DNA of 64,000 nucleotides, taken from assembly GCA_964387595.1 (NCBI GenBank), contig CAYLYF010000004.1, positions 2,139 through 66,138 of the forward strand. The letters are read 5' to 3'. Position numbers and translations under genes: made by a program. Source of the stretch: an uncultured Thermodesulfobacteriota bacterium. Its GTDB lineage: Bacteria; Desulfobacterota; WTBG01; CAIYCZ01; CAIRTM01. Under the pieces are notes generated by a model. It ran no database searches, had not been told where the DNA came from, and saw only the letters and a program-made list of their open reading frames with translations. Below are positions 29,719 to 36,686 of this stretch, piece by piece (the stretch's first letter is position 1; each line of letters starts with the position of its first letter).

Positions 29719-29819
29719 TAAAGGTTGTATTTCTTGATCGGAAGCGTGACGCGCATACGCCAAGTCCTGGAGTGAAGTTAAGTAATATGTATGCAAAATA
29801 ATCCGGATTAATTTAAGCG

Positions 29820-29858
29820 ATACCCCCCTCAGCCTGCTGTGGGGGGTATTCTTGTTTT
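29820..29858 (+). terminator. Intrinsic terminator
   Basis: ATACCCCCC...GGGGGGTAT stem with T-rich tail. Confidence 0.65.
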
Positions 29859-30113
29859 ATAATTATTTTCCAGGAAGAGGAGGGTTTGGGGGATGAAAAT
29901 ATTAAATAAGGAGTAAGCTTTTTATGTTTTTAATCACGATAACGCAACCAGATATCTCTCCAGTTGAAAACGAGTACACTGCCGCAGTTTTTCTCATCAC
30001 ACCTACAGCTTAAGCTTTCAGTGGTTAAAGTAAAAAGATAATTGCTATCGCTTTTTCCTTCTGGTTTTATAATAACGTAATAGCTGATGGCGCAGAGTGG
30101 GTTTTATGGGCCG

Positions 30114-30185
30114 GGCATTCAGGGTATCCGTATTTATGTGAATCCGAAAGATTTTACGGTCAGTAATCTGCAGAGGACGTACTGA
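30114..30185 (+). pseudogene. 3' relic of a third DUF1329 gene
   Basis: Translates GIQGIRIYVNPKDFTVSNLQRTY-stop versus DIQGISIDVNPKIFTISNLQRTY-stop of 26292-27560. Confidence 0.85.
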
Positions 30186-30210
30186 TGTAATTGCCTTTCA
30201 TGGGATCAAT

Positions 30211-30258
30211 TAAAAACGGTCTCAGACCTTCTGTGCAGAAGGTCTGAGACCGTTTTTA
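30211..30258. terminator. Bidirectional terminator / perfect 23 bp inverted repeat
   Basis: TAAAAACGGTCTCAGACCTTCTG-TG-CAGAAGGTCTGAGACCGTTTTTA between convergent units. Confidence 0.8.
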
Positions 30259-30262
30259 TATA

Positions 30263-30907
30263 TTATTTCAGGAGTGCTTCTATAACCGGGAGAGTCGCAT
30301 TGATCATAACTTCAGTCAACGATTTAAGAGCCGGATGAGAGATGATGATATCGTTCATGGATCTTGCGTTATCATAATAGCTTTTTATAATTGCTTTTCC
30401 AACGGCATTTTCCGCAAGGACTTCATCCCTGAACCGGTGAAGGGTATCCAGCCGTGTATCGCCTTCCCCTAAAACAGTTCTGGCCGGGCAGACGGGATCG
30501 TCGCCATCGTCAGTGCAGTCCTGCTTGATTGCCTGTGCAATCGGGTAAGCCGGAGTTTCACCCGTGTATTTTGTAAGAGTGCATCCGGAGAATGTGAAAA
30601 GGCTTGCCGGCATGGACTCATCAAGATCTCCCAGATCCTCAGTATACATATATTTTGTTCCCGCAAACACTCTGGGGTATATTCTAAAGGGAACCGGGTC
30701 TTCACCTTCAGATGTGCTGTTTCCGGAAGTATAGCAGGGAAACATAGAGCTGTCGCGCTCCGTGGTTTCTGTGATTACCCAGGTTGCGGTGCTGCTATCA
30801 TCATATGTGACATCCCAGGTGCCGACCATAAAGTCACAGTCCTGAGCCGACACGGCTCCTGATAAAAATAGAAAAAATAAAATAGTACCCAAAGCAAGTT
30901 TTTTCAT
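30263..30907 (-). CDS. Secreted protein with CFI-box-CTERM-like C-terminal domain
   Basis: Signal peptide MKKLALG...; CPARTVLGEGDTRLDTLHRFRDEVL...GKAIIKSYY; start chosen by GGAGG. Confidence 0.7.
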   Translation of the reverse strand: MKKLALGTILFFLFLSGAVSAQDCDFMVGTWDVTYDDSSTATWVITETTERDSSMFPCYTSGNSTSEGEDPVPFRIYPRVFAGTKYMYTEDLGDLDESMPASLFTFSGCTLTKYTGETPAYPIAQAIKQDCTDDGDDPVCPARTVLGEGDTRLDTLHRFRDEVLAENAVGKAIIKSYYDNARSMNDIIISHPALKSLTEVMINATLPVIEALLK

Positions 30908-30952
30908 AACGGTAGCCTCCTTCATCATAATTAATGTTGTTTAAAAAGGTTT

Positions 30953-33037
30953 TTATTTCAATACAGAACAGGCAGAATTAATATGCCCGCTGTCTGCAAT
31001 GCTATCCAGACGTTTATGGTTGTTTGAGAAACCGTGTAGACTGAAGATTTCATTACCAGTTCGGGTAATTATTTTAGAGCAGTCTTTTTTTAAGTCTAAA
31101 CCGGCATGTTTTGATAGTTCTTTAATCAGCTCAATTCCCTGCTGGATAACTGCTAGAGGAAATACTGTAGCATGGTTTTCTTGCGTTCTTTTTATCTCCG
31201 GAATAAGGGTGCTCAGCAGGTTCCTGGCCTTTGTTTTCAGCTGGGGTTCTCTGAGAAGAATGCCGATGATTTCAGCCGCATGTTTATAATACAGCGCAAC
31301 CATTGATCGACCACCTTGAGAAGATAAAAGGACCTTGTCCCGGAAAACTCTTACAGTTTCTAAGTTTTCCTGCTGTCCGCTCATTAACATACTGATGGGG
31401 CATAACTGTGAAGTTTTGTTTTCGTAGACAAAAATTGAGCCTGAAGAACTGTCTTTATCTACACTGGTATCGTATATGGTTGCGATTATATCCAGGTCAC
31501 CATCACCATCGATATCATAAATATCAGGTTCTCCCGGCATGCATGCCGGATCTTTGTACAGGGCAGCACGTTTAAAGGCCAGGCAGTCATCCTCAAGGCC
31601 TTGTGATTCGTAATAATATACAGCTCCCTTTCCGTCACCCGACACAACCAGATCCGGAAGGCCGTCACCTGAGATATCAGCTGCCTTGACAGCCGCAGGG
31701 GATCCCTGGGAGTAGGCTCCTCCGGGACGGTCAACAGCAAAGGGGTCTGCAGCTACCGCCTCGTCGTCATCTGGATCCAGTTCCGGATTTCCGGAATCTA
31801 TGGTGATTGGATTCCAGTTTTCTGTAACTTGAGGATTGTCCGGAACATTAAAGTAGTAGATACCCGAAGGCCATACTCTGTTATCGCTTTTATAGTCCTG
31901 ATGATTATGGCTTGTAATGAGTATTTCATCATCCGAATCATCATCAATATCCGAACAGAATACGTCAAATCCTTTGCCAATGGGGTTTGACGATTTATAC
32001 CAGTTTTCTATGGTATAACGGTTCCACGGCTGTTTAAGAACCGATACACCTGATGTCCTGCCCGGATTTTCAAACCAGGAAAGGGTATCCCCTCTTATAT
32101 CTGATCCGTCCAGCCCCCCTTTGACAATCAGGGTCCCCGGATTTGTGATCAGGAACTGAGGTGCCAGAACATCAAGGTCGCCGTCTTTGTCTACATCAAA
32201 AAAAGCTATAAAAAAACCGCCTCCCTCACCGATTTCATAAGGGCCGGAATATCCCGAGGGAAAGGTTTCCCTGTCTGTTTCCCGTCTGAACCACTCTACC
32301 CATCGGTACTGCTGATCTGTTTTCTGCCAGTACCACATGTGGGATTTTGTGGTGACGAAGTCCTCCAGTCCGTCGCCGTCTATATCATGGAATTCTGCTT
32401 TATGATAGGTCTCGATACCATCTGTACAGTTATCCGACGAGCATGGACATTTTCCATTTATTTCCCCTTGAAAAATGATCTGTTTTTTCCAATTTTCCGG
32501 ATCGGTGATATCTCCTCCGTTGTTTTCCAGATAATATATGCCGGAGACTCCGCAGGTAGACCACGCGGCCAGGTAGTTGTCCATGACCATAATATCTATG
32601 TCGCTGTCATTATCCATGTCCCTCAGCACCATGTCATTTGGGAAGGAAAAGGTATCGTTAATAATGGTCTGAGTCCAGGCGTCAAGGTTTGAGCCGTTCC
32701 AGGTAAATACTGCGATGGCCCCGTCAAAAATATTAAAATCAACAGATTGTCCCATCAGAGAGGAACAGACCACTTCAGGGATGCTGTCCTGATTCAGATC
32801 ACCCACAGCAACAAAGCCGGGTGCTTTGTAACCGGGGACATCGGGTTTCACCGGCAGCGGTGTTTTTATGCCGGTAATTGTGTGTCGAACAAATTTTAAT
32901 GACAGCAATGGGTCTTTGGAAATATTGACACACTGAGCGGTTGCAGTAGATAGGCTGAACAGTATTGTACACAAACAAAAACAGGCTGCACAAGACTCTT
33001 TTCGAACAAAAAAAGCATAAATGTTACTTTTTTTCAT
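30953..33037 (-). CDS. Secreted FG-GAP/VCBS repeat protein with CFI-box-CTERM-like tail, paralog of 19296-21278
   Basis: Shares RHT(I/V)TGI, WFENPG, WNRYTI, HNHQ, RVWPSGIY, QGSP, MPGE; tail CPIS...VRVFRDKVL...GRSMVALYY. Confidence 0.85.
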   Translation of the reverse strand: MKKSNIYAFFVRKESCAACFCLCTILFSLSTATAQCVNISKDPLLSLKFVRHTITGIKTPLPVKPDVPGYKAPGFVAVGDLNQDSIPEVVCSSLMGQSVDFNIFDGAIAVFTWNGSNLDAWTQTIINDTFSFPNDMVLRDMDNDSDIDIMVMDNYLAAWSTCGVSGIYYLENNGGDITDPENWKKQIIFQGEINGKCPCSSDNCTDGIETYHKAEFHDIDGDGLEDFVTTKSHMWYWQKTDQQYRWVEWFRRETDRETFPSGYSGPYEIGEGGGFFIAFFDVDKDGDLDVLAPQFLITNPGTLIVKGGLDGSDIRGDTLSWFENPGRTSGVSVLKQPWNRYTIENWYKSSNPIGKGFDVFCSDIDDDSDDEILITSHNHQDYKSDNRVWPSGIYYFNVPDNPQVTENWNPITIDSGNPELDPDDDEAVAADPFAVDRPGGAYSQGSPAAVKAADISGDGLPDLVVSGDGKGAVYYYESQGLEDDCLAFKRAALYKDPACMPGEPDIYDIDGDGDLDIIATIYDTSVDKDSSSGSIFVYENKTSQLCPISMLMSGQQENLETVRVFRDKVLLSSQGGRSMVALYYKHAAEIIGILLREPQLKTKARNLLSTLIPEIKRTQENHATVFPLAVIQQGIELIKELSKHAGLDLKKDCSKIITRTGNEIFSLHGFSNNHKRLDSIADSGHINSACSVLK

Positions 33038-33184
33038 ATATTCTCCAGAAAAACAATTAAGAAAATATTTACCTTGAAACGATCTTTTTAAAATGTGCTG
33101 ACAGCTTATTTCGGCATATTGAAAAAAATGAAATTAAATTCAACTTTCATCTTTTATGAGCCATATTTTTTAAAATAACACAAA

Positions 33185-33201
33185 TAGTTGGCTAGTCAAC
33201 T
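33185..33201. promoter_or_regulatory. Putative MarR box
   Basis: TAGTTGGC-TA-GTCAACT upstream of the divergent FG-GAP gene. Confidence 0.65.
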
Positions 33202-33440
33202 TAAAAATAGGTCCATAAAGTTCAAAAACTTGTTTTCTAAGCGAAGATGTCTCATGTCTTTAACCTTTTATCAAGGGTCGAGATACAGGTTTTTTTGATC
33301 ATTATTTTATTATTGGTGCAACTCTATTTTAAAAGTTTTAATGAGCATTAATTTCTTTTTATAATTTGTTTAGTTTTTTCAAATACTTATTGGTTTGTCT
33401 GGAAGATGTTTGTGGTTTTTAAAATAAAAATAAATAAACA

Positions 33441-33470
33441 TATTGACTAATCAATTATTTTTAGTATAAA
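33441..33470 (+). promoter_or_regulatory. MarR box overlapping a putative promoter of marR
   Basis: TTGAC-TA-ATCAA overlaps TTGACT (-35); TATAAA at 33465-33470 lies 6 nt before the ATG; no SD. Confidence 0.6.
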
Positions 33471-33476
33471 TAATTT

Positions 33477-33926
33477 ATGGACTCATACTGTAAAAATTTT
33501 AATCCAAAAGATTCAATGGCCAATTTGTTGAACACGACCACGAGGACACTTTCAACCCGGCTTCAGAGTTTATTTACCAGTCACGGGATCGATGTTACCT
33601 CGGAGCAGTGGATGATACTGCTTCTTTTGTGGCAGGAAGACGGCCGTTCTCCCTACCTTCTGGCGGATATTATTGTTAAAGACCGTGCTGCCATCACAAG
33701 GCTCATTGATGGCCTTGAAAGGCGGAATCTTGTGGTGAGAATAAAGGACAAAAATGATTCCCGTCAAAAACAGGTCTATTTAACGCCCAAGGGAAAAGCC
33801 CTGGAAAAAGAACTGATTCCGCTGGGTCTGTCCAACATGGCAAAAGCAAAGCAGGGGATCAGCACTGAAGAAATTGATATCTGTAAAGCCGTATTAAAAA
33901 AGATCTACCAGAATCTAATTGAGTAA
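33477..33926 (+). CDS. MarR family transcriptional regulator
   Basis: TSEQWMILLLL, DRAAITRLIDGLERRNLVVR, DSRQKQVYLTPKG. Confidence 0.95.
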   Translation: MDSYCKNFNPKDSMANLLNTTTRTLSTRLQSLFTSHGIDVTSEQWMILLLLWQEDGRSPYLLADIIVKDRAAITRLIDGLERRNLVVRIKDKNDSRQKQVYLTPKGKALEKELIPLGLSNMAKAKQGISTEEIDICKAVLKKIYQNLIE

Positions 33927-33940
33927 TTCTTTTATGGTTA

Positions 33941-33957
33941 TAATTGATATATCAATC
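33941..33957. promoter_or_regulatory. Putative MarR box
   Basis: TAATTGAT-AT-ATCAATC upstream of the SDR-FDBR-AOR unit. Confidence 0.65.
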
Positions 33958-34006
33958 ATAATGGTTTGCTTTTATTTTTGCTTGAGAAAACACGAAAGGA
34001 GATTTT

Positions 34007-34798
34007 ATGAGATTTAATAACAAAAATATCATCGTAACCGGGGCTGGAACGGGAATCGGAAAAGGGATCGCCCATCGATTTGCAGCTGAAGGTGGAAATG
34101 TGGTGATTGCAGACCTGAACCGGGAAAATGGGGAGCGTGCCGTACGGGAGATTAAAGAACAGGGGGGATCCGCCCTTTATGTACTAACTGACGTATCAAA
34201 GGAAAAAGACATTGAAAACCTGATTTTAGAAGCGACAGAAGCCTTTGGTCCTTTGCACGTTGCGGTATCAAATGCCGGTATTACGGAATCAGCCTCGTCT
34301 GCTCTTGATATCTCTTCGCAGGAATGGGATCAGGTGTATGCCGTAAACACAAAAGGGTCTTTTCTGTTTTGCCGGGCCAGTGCCAAAAACATGATGGAAA
34401 ACGATATTAAAGGTGCAATTGTAACCTTATCCACGCTGATGGCACGGGGTGGTAAGGGCATGTCCGGGGCGTATGCCTCTTCAAAAGCAGCGGTAATCAT
34501 GTTTACCAAGACCCTGGCCAAGAGCCTTGGAGCATCGGGAATTCGAGTAAATTGTGTGTCCCCGGGAATTGTGGCTACCGAAATCTACAATAAGGTTGAA
34601 AAGGAAATGATGATGGAGAAAGGCTCTTTTGCCGACTGGCTGGTGGAAGAATCAATCAACAATGGTCAGCTTTTGATTCCCCGTGGAGGCGCACCGGAAG
34701 ACATTGCTTCAGCAGTGGCTTTTCTAGCGTCCGAAGATGCATCCTATATTACTTCTCAAAACCTGAGTGTGGACGGCGGCATGGACTGGTGCTGGTAG
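34007..34798 (+). CDS. Short-chain dehydrogenase/reductase
   Basis: TGAGTGIG, SNAG, YASSK, RVNCVSPG, VDGG. Confidence 0.95.
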   Translation: MRFNNKNIIVTGAGTGIGKGIAHRFAAEGGNVVIADLNRENGERAVREIKEQGGSALYVLTDVSKEKDIENLILEATEAFGPLHVAVSNAGITESASSALDISSQEWDQVYAVNTKGSFLFCRASAKNMMENDIKGAIVTLSTLMARGGKGMSGAYASSKAAVIMFTKTLAKSLGASGIRVNCVSPGIVATEIYNKVEKEMMMEKGSFADWLVEESINNGQLLIPRGGAPEDIASAVAFLASEDASYITSQNLSVDGGMDWCW

Positions 34799-34872
34799 CA
34801 GACTGTTACAGGGTGCTGGTTTTAAAAATTGAATCGAAGATAACAAAAAAATATAGTCTGGAGGAAAAAATA

Positions 34873-35874
34873 ATGGCAGAGGATAATAAAAAGATAGCCT
34901 TTACGGTTGATGCGGAGCGGTGTGTTGGATGCGGGGCCTGTGTGGATGCCTGTCCGATGAAAATCCTGGCTCTTGAGGATGGTATTTGTATCATCACCGA
35001 TATCTCAAAATGCCTAGAATGCGGTACCTGTATTAAAGAGTGTCCAACAGATGCGATCACCATACCGGGCGTTAAGCTGTCTCCCAAAGAAAAGAAGGGG
35101 AAAAAAGATGATGCCTCGCCTGCAGCAAAGAAGACGGCCGGGGATACTCCGGCTTCGCAGAAGTTCACCCCGATCCTGCAGCATCTGACCGATCTAATAA
35201 CTCAGGAGCTTGCGCCGGTTCAGGTCTTTGAACACGAGGGCACGGATGTCACCAGTTTGAACGAATTTGAGCTTGAAGGGGAGTCCTGCTTTTACCGGGT
35301 TTACAAAGCCGATAAACTTGAAAAAATCGGTATCTCCCGCATGAATTTTTACGGAACCATGGTTGCCGACGTTGTGTCAATCACCCCGGGCCCGGAATAT
35401 GATATGCCCTATTACATTATTGACTGGGATGAATCAGATGAGCATATCTTTTTTATTTGTGACCTGATGCCCAGCGTTGACGTGGCACAAAATCTGGAAC
35501 AGCTGCAAAACTATTTTTATGATCCGCTGGAAGATCTGTACAACACCTACTGTGAAGTTCCCGGAATGAAACCCAGTGTGTTCCACTGGGTCCGTGCGAT
35601 CCACTCTCCTTACCTGATCACCGGGACTGTTGAAAAAACAGGAAATAATGTGGATATGATATATCAGTGTGCTGTGGACTATTTTAATGCCTGGCTGAAA
35701 ATTTATAAAGAAGCCCAACCGCAGGATCCCGGATCCGATTATATGAAACGGGTTCATGAACGGCGGAAAAACATGCGCGCACTTTACCGGGAATACGATC
35801 CCGGTGTCGGAACCCTCAATAAGTTTTTGGGTGATGAGATGGCGGATACCTCTCTCGCCATTATTGAACCGTAA
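34873..35874 (+). CDS. 2[4Fe-4S] ferredoxin fused to an FDBR/RCCR-like domain
   Basis: CVGCGACVDACP and CLECGTCIKECP, Lys/Ala linker, then ITPGPEYDMPYYIIDW...ICDLMP, YFNAWL, DPGVGTLNKFLGDE; ATG 34873 after GGAGG. Confidence 0.8.
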   Translation: MAEDNKKIAFTVDAERCVGCGACVDACPMKILALEDGICIITDISKCLECGTCIKECPTDAITIPGVKLSPKEKKGKKDDASPAAKKTAGDTPASQKFTPILQHLTDLITQELAPVQVFEHEGTDVTSLNEFELEGESCFYRVYKADKLEKIGISRMNFYGTMVADVVSITPGPEYDMPYYIIDWDESDEHIFFICDLMPSVDVAQNLEQLQNYFYDPLEDLYNTYCEVPGMKPSVFHWVRAIHSPYLITGTVEKTGNNVDMIYQCAVDYFNAWLKIYKEAQPQDPGSDYMKRVHERRKNMRALYREYDPGVGTLNKFLGDEMADTSLAIIEP

Positions 35875-35892
35875 ATTGGAAAGGACAACACC

Positions 35893-36600
35893 ATGACCGA
35901 AACTATAGATTTTGCTGGAAAAGCAAAAACATTTATGAATGCCATCCCCATGCAGCCGGTAGAAATAGATCCGAAGCTCAGTCGGATCGAAGCTGAGGGC
36001 GGCATCATTGATCTGGAAATATTTAAGGCGGAAAAGATCGAAAAAATTGTTTTCTGCACCATTAATATGCATGAGACCGGGGTGGTGGAGTCAACGGTTA
36101 TGATCTGGCCGGATGATAATCACAACCTGCCGATCCTGTGGTGCAACCTGACGATTGTGCCGGAAGTCATGAACGTACCTGTTTTTGACTTTGTGCCCAT
36201 GATGGATTTTGTGGTATGGCCCGGATATGCAGAAAAATACGTTGAATGTATTAAAGACTTAAAAGATAATGCGATTGAAATCCTTGGTGATATGGTGATC
36301 GACAAAGCCGCTAATCTTCCCTCGCTATCCGTTTATACCCTTTCTCCGTATAAGCTCGTTGCCATGATCTCAGATGACGGGATAGCAAAGGTTCCCGAGG
36401 TCACGGGAGAATATATTGCAAAATATGCCGAACTGTGGCTGCAGGCTGAACCGATTGTCGGGGATGAAGATAGGGCCTATTATCTTAGAAAAAAAGCAGC
36501 CACCAGCAAGCTAATGAAAGCAAATGATCCCGGTTATCACTTTATGGTGGATGTGTTCGGAGAGGAAACCACGCATAAAGTTTTTGATCTGGTCTTTTAG
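35893..36600 (+). CDS. FDBR/RCCR-like protein
   Basis: KAEKIEKI, MIWPDDNHNLPILWCNL...VFDFVP, LSPY, C-terminal NDPGYHFMVDVFGEE...LVF. Confidence 0.75.
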   Translation: MTETIDFAGKAKTFMNAIPMQPVEIDPKLSRIEAEGGIIDLEIFKAEKIEKIVFCTINMHETGVVESTVMIWPDDNHNLPILWCNLTIVPEVMNVPVFDFVPMMDFVVWPGYAEKYVECIKDLKDNAIEILGDMVIDKAANLPSLSVYTLSPYKLVAMISDDGIAKVPEVTGEYIAKYAELWLQAEPIVGDEDRAYYLRKKAATSKLMKANDPGYHFMVDVFGEETTHKVFDLVF

Positions 36601-36686
36601 GTGAGGGCAGGCAAAAGTCGGTTATTGTGATATACTTAACTAACTTGTCTTAAAGATATAATAAGGTTTTTATATAGGAGCAGCAT

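Noticed and set aside
33941-33957. TTGAT...ATCAA read as an FNR/CRP box
   Set aside because: Spacer is 2 nt, not the 4 nt of FNR sites; it fits the local MarR-type motif.
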